This document shows, piece after piece, positions 29,215 through 39,180 of a DNA stretch of 64,000 bases. Below the pieces are notes generated by a model. It was given only the letters and a program-made list of their open reading frames with translations. It was not told where the DNA came from and ran no database searches. Positions within the stretch are counted from its first letter, which is position 1, and each line of letters starts with the position of its first letter. Source of the DNA: an uncultured delta proteobacterium. GTDB taxonomy: Bacteria > Myxococcota_A > UBA9160 > UBA4427. Position numbers and translations under genes: made by a program. Location of the stretch: assembly GCA_963822965.1 (NCBI GenBank), contig CAWGJT010000012.1:1-64000 (forward strand), given 5' to 3'.

Positions 29215-29404
29215 AGGCTCGGTGTCTCCGTGGGTTCGAGGGGACGGCCCGGAGGGGCCCGTCGGGGCGGGATTCTAGCCCGCATCACCCGTCAAGCCCC
29301 GGGGCGGGCGGGGGCGAACACCGGGGGCCCGCGGCCCGCGGCCACGGGGAGAGCCCGGCCGGCGCCCCGCAGGCCGGCGGGCGGATCGCGGCTAGAATTC
29401 CCGC

Positions 29405-29983
29405 GTGAGCCCCCCTGACCGCGGCGAGATCACCGAGCTCCTGAACCGCGCGCCGGACGCCTCCGACGAGACGCCCATGTCCGGAGAGCGTCTCTGGGAG
29501 CTGGTCTATCCCGAGCTGCGCAAGCGCGCCAAGGCGCTGCAGCGGGGCGAGGCCCCGGGCGGAACCCTGTCGGCCACCGCGATCCTCAACGAAGCCTACG
29601 TTCGTCTGGCGAGCGAGGAGCCGCGGGAGTGGAAGGACCGCGGTCACTTCTACGCCGTGTCGTCCGGCATCATGCGCAACGTGCTGATCGACCACGCCCG
29701 GGCGCGGACCGCCGCCAAGCGCGGCGGCGGTGCGGCCCGGGAGTCGCTGGACGAGAGCGTCTTCCCCGCGACCCGCGCCGACGACGAGGGCTTCCGGGCC
29801 GCCCGGGAGGCCCTCGAGCGGCTGGCCCAGAAGCACGAACGCGCAGCGCTGGTGGTCGCGCTGCGCGTCTTCGGCGGGCTCACGGTGAGCGAGGTGGCCA
29901 AGGAGCTCGAGATCTCGGAGCGGACCGCGAAGGCGGACTTCATGATCGCAAAGGTCCGTCTCCGGGAGCTGCTGCGGGACTGA
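29405..29983 (+). CDS. ECF sigma factor, TIGR02999-like family
   Basis: EITELL, LVYPELR, TLSATAILNEAYVRL, WKDRGHFY, KRGGG and F.GLT..EVA..L.IS.RT. Confidence 0.85.
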   Translation: MSPPDRGEITELLNRAPDASDETPMSGERLWELVYPELRKRAKALQRGEAPGGTLSATAILNEAYVRLASEEPREWKDRGHFYAVSSGIMRNVLIDHARARTAAKRGGGAARESLDESVFPATRADDEGFRAAREALERLAQKHERAALVVALRVFGGLTVSEVAKELEISERTAKADFMIAKVRLRELLRD

Positions 29984-30032
29984 TCTCCAGGTCGTCTCCG
30001 CTTCTCCCGCGGCTCCTCCCGCCAGCGGGGCG

Positions 30033-30653
30033 CTACGCGCTCATCCCCGCCAGCACGCTCTCCACGTTCGGCGTGTGCTGGCTGAGCGTCCGGCGCGAGC
30101 GGAACAGGCTGATCTTCACCGCCTGGTTCGACTTGCCCAGGTGCTTCGCGATCGAGCGCGTGGACCGGTTCTCCGCGTACTTCAGGTGGAACACCTTGCG
30201 CTGGGCCGGGCTGAGCTCGTGGTCGGCGACCTCGACGCAGCGCTGCAGCACGCGCGCCGCCTCCAGGCGTCGGTCCGGGAGGCACTCCGGCGAGCGCAGC
30301 TCGAGCGCGTCGGAATCGTCGAGGGAGACCATCGGAGCGCTCTTCCGGCGGAAGCGCCGGCACACCTGGTTGTGCGCGATGCCGAAGAGCCAGGTGAGGA
30401 GCGTCGAGCGTCCCTCGTACGAGGCCAGCGAGCGATGGACCTGCAGGAACACCTCCTGGGTCACGTCCTCCGCCTCCGCCGCATCGGCCAGACGCTTGAG
30501 GGCGAAGCCGTAGATGCGACCGCGATGGCGCTGGTACAGCACCGTGAAGCAGTCCTCGTTGCCGAACAGGATTCCCTGGACGAGGTCGTCGTCCTTCCAC
30601 TCGCTGACGGGGTTCGTCGGAAGCTGGTAGGTCTCGATTTCGGGGCACGCCAT
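30033..30653 (-). CDS. ECF RNA polymerase sigma factor
   Basis: AEDVTQEVF, TWLFGIAHN and region 4 SIA..LG...AVKISLFRSR; GGAAGG RBS. Confidence 0.88.
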   Translation of the reverse strand: MACPEIETYQLPTNPVSEWKDDDLVQGILFGNEDCFTVLYQRHRGRIYGFALKRLADAAEAEDVTQEVFLQVHRSLASYEGRSTLLTWLFGIAHNQVCRRFRRKSAPMVSLDDSDALELRSPECLPDRRLEAARVLQRCVEVADHELSPAQRKVFHLKYAENRSTRSIAKHLGKSNQAVKISLFRSRRTLSQHTPNVESVLAGMSA

Positions 30654-30814
30654 CTTCTTCTTCCTTCCGCCCTCCGCGGGCTTGGCGGCCGAGGTTGGGT
30701 GGCCGCTCCTATTGGGGTGAGCGGAAATGGCGCGCCGAGCGGGCAAGGAAAATCAGCCCGGGCGAAAGAAATCCCACGTTCCCGCGGGGATGGCGAGTGG
30801 GGGTGGCCGCGGGG

Positions 30815-31354
30815 TCAGCGGCGCGCGAAGGCACCTCGTTCTCGCCAGTCTTCGACGGTGAGGGCCCAGCGCTCGTGGTCCCGCCAACGTCCTGCGATCT
30901 TGAGATAGCGAGGCGAGAAGCCCTCCTTGCGGAAGCCGGACCGGGAGGCCAGGGCGATGGACGCCCGATTGTCGGGCTGGATGTTGGCCTCCACCCGATG
31001 CAGGCGTGCCTGGCGGAACGCATGCGCCAGCAGGAGCTTCATGCCTTCCGTCATGAGCCCCTGGCCGGCATGGGGAACGACCCCCCAGTAGCCCAGATAG
31101 GCGCTGTTGAGGGCGCCCCGGACGATCTCCCCCAGGGAGAAATAGCCCAGCAGCACGTCGGGGACGGGCCCGGGTACGCGGCCCCACAACAGCAGGCGCT
31201 GGCGCGTCTCCCCCAGGTCGCCCGCGAAGGCGTCGAACGCGGCTCTGGTGGTCGGAGGATGGACCCAGGGCCGGTGGAGCGCCCGGCTACGCCGGGTGGC
31301 CTGGAGGAAGGGCTCTCGATCGGCGGGCGAGAGCGGCAGAAGGCGGAGCTCCAT
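30815..31354 (-). CDS. GNAT family N-acetyltransferase (RimJ-like)
   Basis: SAYLGYW, GQGLMTE, LHRVEANIQPDN.ASI and EGFSPRYLKIAG.WRDHERWA. Confidence 0.88.
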   Translation of the reverse strand: MELRLLPLSPADREPFLQATRRSRALHRPWVHPPTTRAAFDAFAGDLGETRQRLLLWGRVPGPVPDVLLGYFSLGEIVRGALNSAYLGYWGVVPHAGQGLMTEGMKLLLAHAFRQARLHRVEANIQPDNRASIALASRSGFRKEGFSPRYLKIAGRWRDHERWALTVEDWRERGAFARR

Positions 31355-31507
31355 GAGCAATCCAGGGCCTCGCGAGGGCGTGTGACCCCCTGCGGGGCCA
31401 ATCGCCTCAAGTCTCGTGGTGTGTCCGGACGATGTCCACGGGGACGCCCCGTGGGTGCCACACTGGCCGCCGCCCGGAGGCAGATCGCGAAGCGAGAGGA
31501 GTGTCCC

Positions 31508-32008
31508 ATGAACAATCCGCGACTCACGGGCTTGCTGCTGCTGCTGATCGGCGTGCTGGTCCTCGTCGGAAACACGCTCGACGTGTTCCCCCCGCAGGCC
31601 TTCTGGGCCGGCCTCCTGATGTATCCCATCGGAGGGTATCTGTTCTTCATCGGCAGCCGTCGCGCGAACGAGCCCGAACAGCGGACCCGCTCCGCGGATT
31701 CCCGGCCGGAGCGGACCCGCGGCGAAGGTCAGGCCGCGCGGCACGGGGGCGCCCACGACGCACCGCCCAAGGTCCAGAGCTTCGGAAGCATCTCCCAGGA
31801 GATCGTCGCCGCAGCCCGCAAGCCCGCCGAGGCCGCCGCGGCCTCTCAGCCCGCCCCGGCGGCAGCCATGACGTCTCGCACCGACGCAGCTCCGGCCGGG
31901 CAGCCGGGCGGCGGCGCAGACCAGCTGGCGAAGCTCAACAAGCTCCGGGAGCAGGGGATCATCAGCGCCGAGGAGCTCGCGGTCGCCAAGGCCAAGCTGC
32001 GGGGCTGA
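31508..32008 (+). CDS. SHOCT domain-containing membrane protein
   Basis: Two N-terminal TMs; C-terminal DQLAKLNKLREQGIISAEELAVAKAKL; GAGGAG RBS. Confidence 0.8.
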   Translation: MNNPRLTGLLLLLIGVLVLVGNTLDVFPPQAFWAGLLMYPIGGYLFFIGSRRANEPEQRTRSADSRPERTRGEGQAARHGGAHDAPPKVQSFGSISQEIVAAARKPAEAAAASQPAPAAAMTSRTDAAPAGQPGGGADQLAKLNKLREQGIISAEELAVAKAKLRG

Positions 32009-32077
32009 TCCGGCGCTCGCGACGCTGGACGGGACCGCCCCGGGATGGGACCGGCCGCCACGGCTGCGGCGTGCGCC

Positions 32078-32106
32078 TGAAGATAAGTTCACTAAACTGA
32101 TCTGCA
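32078..32106. promoter_or_regulatory. AT-rich imperfect palindrome, candidate TetR operator
   Basis: TGAAGATAAGTT-CACTA-AACTGATCTGCA (10/12 arm match) about 130 nt upstream of a TetR gene. Confidence 0.45.
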
Positions 32107-32238
32107 ATTCATCCGGTTCCCATCCGACTTCGACGCGAGCTCGGACGCGAGGCACGTGGCCCCGACGACGAAGCGGACGACATCGAATGGCGCAGCGAAC
32201 GACCGAGCTGGAAACAGCGAGAAAGGGAGCAACACGAA

Positions 32239-32940
32239 ATGGCGGCCAACCCCCTGTCGACGATCCCGTCCTCTCACGATCGCGCGGCCTCGGACGCGCG
32301 CACCGGATCCGAGGAGGGGGGTCGCGAGCCGCGCGCCCGCGCGCGGGCGGCCCGCCGTCAGGCCCTGCTCGAGACCGCCGAGAAGGTTTTCGCCGAGCGC
32401 GGCTTCGCCGGGGCCACCATGGCCGAGATCGCGTCGCGCGCGGGCTACTCGGCCGGGAATCTCTACAACGTCTTCGAAGGCAAGGACGCGCTCTTCGCCG
32501 AAGTGCTGACCACGCGCGCCAACCAGGTACTCGAACTCGTTCGCAAAGCACTGCGCACGGGCGACACCCTGGGAGAGACCGTCGATCGCTACGTGGATGC
32601 CACCCTGAAGCTGGTGGAGGTGCACCGCGGCTTCTTCGTCCTGCTCACCCAGTCGACACCCGACTTCGATTGGCACAGCTCGGGGGCCGGACCCGACGGC
32701 GTGGATCTTCGCCGACAGCTCGACGCACAGCTCGAGCAGGTGTTTCGCGAGGCCATGGAACGCGGCGAGATCCCCACTGGCGATCCCCGCCCGCACGTCT
32801 GCCTGCTGAGCGGCAGCCTCAACGCCCACATCGCGCGATGGGTACGAAACGAAGACGATCGCGAGGAGCTGTGGCAGCCCGCAGCCGATCTGCGCCTGTT
32901 CATCCGGCGTGGGATCGGACTGCCTGCTGACGGATCCTGA
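32239..32940 (+). CDS. TetR/AcrR family transcriptional regulator
   Basis: LLETAEKVFAERGFAGATMAEIASRAGYSAGNLYNVFEGKDALF HTH. Confidence 0.9.
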   Translation: MAANPLSTIPSSHDRAASDARTGSEEGGREPRARARAARRQALLETAEKVFAERGFAGATMAEIASRAGYSAGNLYNVFEGKDALFAEVLTTRANQVLELVRKALRTGDTLGETVDRYVDATLKLVEVHRGFFVLLTQSTPDFDWHSSGAGPDGVDLRRQLDAQLEQVFREAMERGEIPTGDPRPHVCLLSGSLNAHIARWVRNEDDREELWQPAADLRLFIRRGIGLPADGS

Positions 32941-33069
32941 CAGCAGGCTTCGGAGCGTGCGCGACCGTCGGGCTTTCGAGTAACCGGTGGCCTGGTAGAG
33001 TCATCCAACGCCATCGTCGATCCCCCGATCGCAGGCTGTGCGCGGGCCTGCCGCGGAGCGCACTGTCCC

Positions 33070-34068
33070 ATGCCCCCTGCAGCCCGATCTCATCGCTTCG
33101 AGCTCGTCACCCACCAGGAACGCGTCGCCGAGACGTTCGAGCAGGATCTCGTGCGCGGTCTCTCCCAGAGCCCCAAGCGACTCTCGTCGGTGTGGTTCTA
33201 CGACGAGATCGGGTCGCAGCTCTTCGAGGAGATCTGCGATCTTCCCGAGTACTACCTGACACGTTGCGAGCGCAGCATCCTGGAGCGGCGGGCGGGTGAG
33301 ATCGCGGCGTGCTTCGAAGGTCCCACCACGCTGGTCGAGCTCGGGAGCGGCAGCGCGACGAAGACGCGCCTGCTCATCGAGGCGTTTCTCGAGCGACACG
33401 GGCGATTGCTCTTCGCACCCATCGACGTCTCGCAGACGATGCTCGAAGAGAGCGCGAGCGTGCTCCTCGAGGACTATCCCCGGCTCGAGATCCGGGCCTT
33501 CGCGGGACAGTACGAGTCGGGGCTCGATCACCTGGCCCGCGGCAAGGTGTCGCCGCGCCTCACCCTGTGGCTGGGATCGTCGGTGGGCAATCTCGACCGG
33601 CGGCAGGCGGTGACGTTCCTGCGCCGCGTCCGGGCGGGCATGGCCGGGTCGGATCGCCTGCTCATCGGGATCGACCTGCGAAAGGATCGCCTGACCCTGG
33701 AGCGCGCCTACGACGACGACGCCGGCGTGACCGCGCGCTTCGACCTCAACCTGCTGGCGCGCGTCAACCGCGAGCTCGGGGGCCGCTTCGACCTCGAGCG
33801 ATTCCGGCACCGGGCCACGTGGCGCGAGGACGAGGGACGCGTCGAGAGCCATCTGGTGAGCCTGGTCGACCAGCGCGTGCGGATCGACGGTCTCGACCTC
33901 GAGGTGGAGCTCGAGCGCGGCGAGACGATCCACACGGAGAACTCCTACAAGTACTCGCCCGACGAGATCGAGTGGCTGGCCCGCGAGGCGGGGATGGCGT
34001 GCGAGAGTCGCTGGCTCGACGACGACGGCCTCTACAGCCTGAATCTCTTCGAGCCGGCGAGCGCCTGA
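33070..34068 (+). CDS. egtD: L-histidine N(alpha)-methyltransferase
   Basis: FYDEIGSQLFEEICDLPEYYLTRCE, ELGSGS..KT, AYDDDAGVTA.F..N.L and IHTENSYKY. Confidence 0.92.
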   Translation: MPPAARSHRFELVTHQERVAETFEQDLVRGLSQSPKRLSSVWFYDEIGSQLFEEICDLPEYYLTRCERSILERRAGEIAACFEGPTTLVELGSGSATKTRLLIEAFLERHGRLLFAPIDVSQTMLEESASVLLEDYPRLEIRAFAGQYESGLDHLARGKVSPRLTLWLGSSVGNLDRRQAVTFLRRVRAGMAGSDRLLIGIDLRKDRLTLERAYDDDAGVTARFDLNLLARVNRELGGRFDLERFRHRATWREDEGRVESHLVSLVDQRVRIDGLDLEVELERGETIHTENSYKYSPDEIEWLAREAGMACESRWLDDDGLYSLNLFEPASA

Positions 34069-34088
34069 CGCTCCGTCCCGGGACCCCG

Positions 34089-34153
34089 GCGACCGAATCC
34101 GCTGGATTCGGTCGCGGTTCCGCCGCTGAGGGAGCCCAACGGGCTCCCTCAGC
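34089..34153. terminator. Two tandem perfect hairpins (12 bp/GCT and 13 bp/AAC) between convergent egtD and polA
   Basis: gcgaccgaatcc-gct-ggattcggtcgc (34089-34115) and gctgagggagccc-aac-gggctccctcagc (34125-34153). Confidence 0.55.
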
Positions 34154-36924
34154 TAGTGCGCCTCGCGCCAGTCGGAGCCGATCCCCACGTCGACCACCAG
34201 CGGGACCCGCAGGCTCAGCACCTGCTGCATGGTCTCCCGGGCCAGGTCGGCCACCGCGTCCACCTCGCTCCTCGGTGCCTCGAAGACCAGCTCGTCGTGG
34301 ACCTGCAGGATCACCCGCGCGCCGAGCAAAGCCGCTTGCGAGCGCCTCGTCCACCTCGACCATGGCCTTCTTGATGAGATCGGCGGCCGTGCCCTGGATG
34401 ACGCTGTTGACCGCCATGCGCTCGGCGGCCTGGCGGAGCACGCGGTTGCGCGAGGAGAGGTCGGGCAGGTAGCGACGACGCCCGAGCAGGGTGCGTCACG
34501 TAGCCGCGCTGGGCGGCGCTCTCGATCGGTCTCGTCGAGGAAGCGACGCACGCCGCCGTAGCGAGCGAAGTAGGCGTCGATCGTCTCCTGGGCCTCGCCG
34601 GCCGCGATCTTCAGGGTGTTGGAGAGACCGAAGGCCGACGAGCCGTAGATGATCCCGAAGTTCACCGCCTTCGCGCGGGCGCGCTGCTCGGGGGTCACCT
34701 CGTCGGGCGAGATGCCGGCCACCTCGGCGGCCGTCCGGCGGTGGATGTCCTCGTTCTTCGTGAAGGCGTCCACCAGGCTCTCGTCCCCGGAGTAGTGCGC
34801 GAGGATGCGGAGCTCCACCTGGGAGTAGTCCGCGGAGAGCAGCCGATTGCCCTCGGCGGGCACGAAGGCCTCGCGGATCCGGACGCCCTCCTCGGTGCGG
34901 ATCGGGATGTTCTGCACGTTGGGATTCGTCGCCGACAGGCGACCGGTCGCGGCGCCGGTCTGGTTGAACGTGGGATGGATGCGTCCCGTGCGCTCGTCGA
35001 CGAGTGGCGGCAACGCCTCGATGTAGGTGCTGAGCAGCTTGGAGAGGCGTCGCCAGGCGAGGACGAGCGCCGGCAGCTCGTGGTCGACGGCCAGCTGCTC
35101 GAGCACGTCCTCGGCCGTCGAGTAGCCCGTCTTGGTCTTCTTCAGGGGCGGCAGCTTCAGCTTCTCGAACAGGATCGTCTGGAGCTGCTTCGGCGAGCTG
35201 ACGAGGAACTTCTCGCCGGCCGCCGCGTGGATCTGCTCCTCGAGCCGCGGCGAGCTCGAACCGATAGTGCCCCGCGAGCTGCTGCAGCTTCGCCTCGTCG
35301 ATGCGGACGCCGAAGCGCTCCATGCGCGAGAGCACCCGGGTGAGGGGCATCTCGACGTCCTCGAAGAGCCGCAGCAGGCCGTCGGCCTCGAGCCGCGCGA
35401 GGAGCAGCGGGTGCAGGGCCCGGGTCGCGCAGGCCTGCTGGCCCGCCCAGCCCGCGACCGCCGCGACCTCGAGCTCTCCGGCGGCACCGCCTTCGCCCCG
35501 CGGCCCGCGAGGTCCGCCCAGGCGTCGAGCGGTGCGGCCCAGGTACTGGGCGCTGAGCGCCGCGACGTCGGTCGTCGCGTTCGGGTCGAGCAGGAACGCG
35601 GCCAGGGAGACGTCGAAGGCGGGCAGCGGCAGCTCGAGCCCGCGCTCCGCCGCCAGCGACTGCAGCTGCTTCACGTCGACACCGATCCAGGGGCGCGTCG
35701 CGCCGTCGGCCTCCGCCGCGGCGAACATCGTCTCGAGCCGCGGCAGAGCGCATCCGCGATGGGAAGCCCGGACGCGCCCAGGCGCTGCTGCGCGGACTCG
35801 TCCGCCAGCGCGACGTAGAAGGCGCTCTCCAGCGCCCGTCGCCACCGCGAGTCCCACCAGACGCGCGTCGACGGCGCTGCCGGGCTCCGCCACGGCGAGC
35901 ACGCGCCAGGGGCTCCTCGGGTGGCGAGCGCGGCGACGGCGCGCTCGAGTGCCGCGGCGGACGACAGCACCTCGACCTCGACTGCGTGCGGCGCGGCGCG
36001 GACGCGGCGGCGCGTCGCCCTGCCCTTCGTCGTCGAGCGCGGCGATCAGGCGCGTGAAGCCCAGCCGCTGGTAGATCTCGCGCAGGCGATCCCGGTCGGG
36101 CTCGCTGCCGCGCGAGGTCTTCGAGACCGCAGGGCAGCTCGACGTCCGAGCCGCAGCGTGGCGAGGCGCTTGGACAGCCGCGCGTCCTCCGCGTGCTCGT
36201 GCAGGGCCTCCCGGGCGCGCTTCGCCTTCACCTCGCCGGCGTGCTCGAGCAGCGCCTCGAGGCTGCCCCACTCGAGGATCAGCTTGGCGGCGCCCTTCTC
36301 GCCGATGCCCTTCACGCCGGGAATGTTGTCGCTGGGGTCGCCGACCAGCGCCCGCAGGTCGAGCATCTTCTCGGGCGGCACGCCGAAGCGCTCCTCGACG
36401 TCGGCGGGCTCGTAGCGACGGTCCTTGATGCCGTCGAGCAGGGTCACCCGCGGACCCACGAGCTGCATCAGGTCCTTGTCGGTGGAGAGGATCGTCACCT
36501 CGACGTCGGGCGGGCGCCGTCGCGACCAGGGTCGCCGATCACGTCGTCCGCCTCGAAGCCCTGCACCTCGAGCACCGGGAACGCGGAACGCGTCGACGAC
36601 TTCGCGAACCAGGGGGAGCTGCGCGCTCAGGTCCTCGGGCTGCGCGTCTCGTCCGGCCTTGTAGCCGTCGAACACCTCGTTGCGGAAGCTGCCGCCCCGG
36701 GGATCGAAGGCGATGGCGATCAGGTCCGGCGACTCCTCGCGGAGCACCTTGGCGAGCATCGTCGCGAAGCCGAGGACGGCGTTCGTGGGCGTTCCGTCGG
36801 GGGCGCGCAGGCTGGGGATCGCGAAGAACGCCCGGTAGATGGCGTTGGCTCCGTCGATGACGACGAGCTTTCGAGGCGGCGACGAACGCGCCGGCGCGGG
36901 GGTCCTGGGATCGGAGTCGGTCAA
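34153..36924 (-). CDS. polA: DNA polymerase I; multiple frameshifts in this assembly
   Basis: IDGANAIYRAFFA, TDKDLMQL, GDPSDNIPGVKGIGEK, TGRLS..PN.QNIP, ADYSQVELR, KAVNFGIIYG, IQGTAAD and LQVHDELVFE across frames. Confidence 0.95.
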
Positions 36925-37019
36925 CGGGAGGCCCGTCCCGAGGCTATCACAGGGGCTGACCGGCACTCTCGCGTCGACCTGCCGCGGAGCGACGGCGCGA
37001 CCTGCTACCGTCGCGCGGC

Positions 37020-37315
37020 ATGGCGCTTCCGCCCCACGCTCCGCGCCGCGAGGCCGCCGGTCTTCCGGCCGAGCTTCACGCTGGCGGCGCTCTACCTGCT
37101 GGCGTTCTTCGCGTTCTTCTCGATGCTGCTCGTGCTGCCGGAGCTGCTCACCGTGCTGCGGGACGCGGCCCCGGGGCCGGAGCAGCAACGACTCGCCCAG
37201 GAGACCGTCCACCGGGTTGCCGGGCCGCGATTGCCGTGGGCCGTGGCGCTGGCCCTGGGCGCTGTGGGGCTCGGGCGCCTACCTGCAGGTGCTCCCGGGC
37301 CTCCGGCCGCGCTGA
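37020..37315 (+). CDS. Small two-TM hypothetical membrane protein; frameshifted
   Basis: Joined frames give MA-FRPT..PPVFRPSFTLAALYLLAFFAFFSMLLVLPEL...ALGAVGL-GAYLQVLPGLRPR*; upstream TGc-TACCGT. Confidence 0.5.
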
Positions 37316-37352
37316 CTCCGAGCCACACGCACCGGCGGGAACGCCGCAGGCC

Positions 37353-37432
37353 CAGGAGCACCGGCTCAGGTACAGGAGCACCGGCTCAGGTACAGGAGCA
37401 CCGGCTCAGGTACAGAAGCGCCGGGTCAGGAC
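37353..37432. repeat. 20-bp tandem repeat: 3 identical copies plus 1 degenerate copy
   Basis: CAGGAGCACCGGCTCAGGTA x3 (37353-37412), then CAGAAGCGCCGGGTCAGGAC, which covers the acp stop codon. Confidence 0.92.
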
Positions 37433-37695
37433 AGCCGCTTGACCAGATAGGCCTCGACGTCGCCGACGGTGCGCATCGCCTCTGCGTCCTCGTCGGCGAT
37501 CTCGATGTCGAAGGCCTCCTCGATGGCCATCACCATCTCGACCACGTCGAGTGAGTCGGCGCCGAGATCATCGAGGATGTTCGCCTCGGGTCTCATCTCG
37601 CCGAGATCGACGCCGAGCTGCTCGGCCATCAGACCCCGGACCCGCTCGCTCAACACCTCGATGGACGATTCGCTCACGTTCGGCACCCCCCTCAC
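37426..37695 (-). CDS. acpP: Acyl carrier protein
   Basis: [33 protein letters not shown] phosphopantetheine motif; start may be a later GTG. Confidence 0.9.
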   Translation of the reverse strand: MRGVPNVSESSIEVLSERVRGLMAEQLGVDLGEMRPEANILDDLGADSLDVVEMVMAIEEAFDIEIADEDAEAMRTVGDVEAYLVKRLS

Positions 37696-37779
37696 CCTGG
37701 TGTCACGCCGGCCGGACGGTCCGAGCCTCGCATGACTGTCAGTCAGCGGCCGGGAAGGTCCCGCTTTCGCGACGACCTG

Positions 37780-38498
37780 TCAAGCCGAAGCGTGGGTCGG
37801 GATCGCACGGCAACGCGGATTCGGATCAGGCGGCCGGACACCGGAGCCCGTGATGATCAGATCGAGGGTCTGGTCGTAGAGCGCCTGCAACGAGCTTCGC
37901 CGGAGCTTGCGACGGGCGTCCGTGCTGTCCGACTGGATGACGGCGTTCGCCACCGTCCACAGGATGTTGGACGTCGCCCAGGTGTCGCAGGAGACCAGCT
38001 CGCCGTCGGCCACGCCCCGGGCGAGCACGCTGTCGAGGATCGAGAGGCTCTCCTCCCACAGCCGCGACACCTCTTCGACCACGCTCGCCGGCAGCTGGCC
38101 GATCACGCTCTGGTTGTCGATCGCCCAGAAGATCTGGAAGTAGTCCTTGTGGGTGAGCCAGTGATCGAGGTAGAAGCGGCTCAGGCGATCAGGGTCTCGG
38201 TGCTGCTGCGCGCCGCTCTCCGCCGCTTCGCGCATGCGCTCGGTGAAGCCCCGCCGTTCTCCGCCAGCACCGCCACGTAGAGGTCGGCCTTGCTGTCGAA
38301 GTAGCGGTAGAGCGTGCCCTTGGCGACGCCGGCCCGCTCGGCCACCTCGTCGAGGTTCGCGGCCATGAAGCCGTCCCGGAAGAAGACGTCCCGGGCCGAC
38401 TCGAGGATGCGGCGGCGAGACTGGGCCTTTCGCTCCTCGCGAGAGTCGTCGCGGGTCCTGGCGTCGTCCGCGGTCTCCGTCGCGCGCTCATCGGTCAT
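37780..38498 (-). CDS. TetR/AcrR family transcriptional regulator; frameshift near 38250
   Basis: [41 protein letters not shown], continued by ORF 37780-38235. Confidence 0.82.
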
Positions 38499-38646
38499 CT
38501 TGCTGGCGTCCTCGCATCTCGCTCCATCCGACGCCACAGTGTCTCCTCGCGCGCCCCGCGTGTCACGCCTCTTCCTTGCGCGCTGCCGCCGCGCGAGGGC
38601 GTCGCGGGCGCCGTCCTCGTGCCACGCTCGCCTCCGGGGAACCGCA

Positions 38647-39180
38647 TCAGCCGGCTCTGCCGGAGCGTGCGTGCCGGCGGGCGGTATCGACGTACGCGAG
38701 GGTCCGCTCGCGCTGCTCGCGCCTCTCCTCGTCGGTGAGGTCCCGCACCACGCGTGCGGGCGTGCCGAGCGACCAGGGTCCCCGCCGGCACGCGCGTGCC
38801 GGGCGTCACCACCGCGCCTGCTCCGACGAGCGCCTCCTCGCCCACCTCTGCGCCGTCGAGCACGATGGCGCCGATGCCGATCAGCGCCCCGTCGCCCACG
38901 CGACAGCCGTGTACGACCGCTCGGTGACCCACGGTCACCTCGGCGCCGATCCAGGCGGGGAAACGGTCCCGCGTCACGTGCACCACGCAGCGCGTCCTGG
39001 ATGTTCGTGCGGGCGCCGATGCGGATGTGGTGGACGTCGCCGCGCACCACCGAGCCGTACCAGATGCTGGACTCGGCGCCGATCTCGACGTCGCCGACGA
39101 CCACGGCCCCGGGCGCCAGCCAGACCGTGGGGTCGATGCGCGGCGCGTGGCCCTGGTAGGACCGGACGATCGCTCTGGCG
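38647..39180 (-). CDS. Gamma carbonic anhydrase family protein; frameshifted, start uncertain
   Basis: [55 protein letters not shown] and [11 protein letters not shown]. Confidence 0.87.

Noticed and set aside
34153..36924. polA, hemC, cysK, truD and others as pseudogenes or programmed frameshifts
   Set aside because: Core genes with intact motifs and scattered single-base indels; I saw no slippery-site pattern, so sequencing error is the simplest explanation
37353..37432. CRISPR array
   Set aside because: Units are contiguous with no spacers, and there are no cas genes in the window
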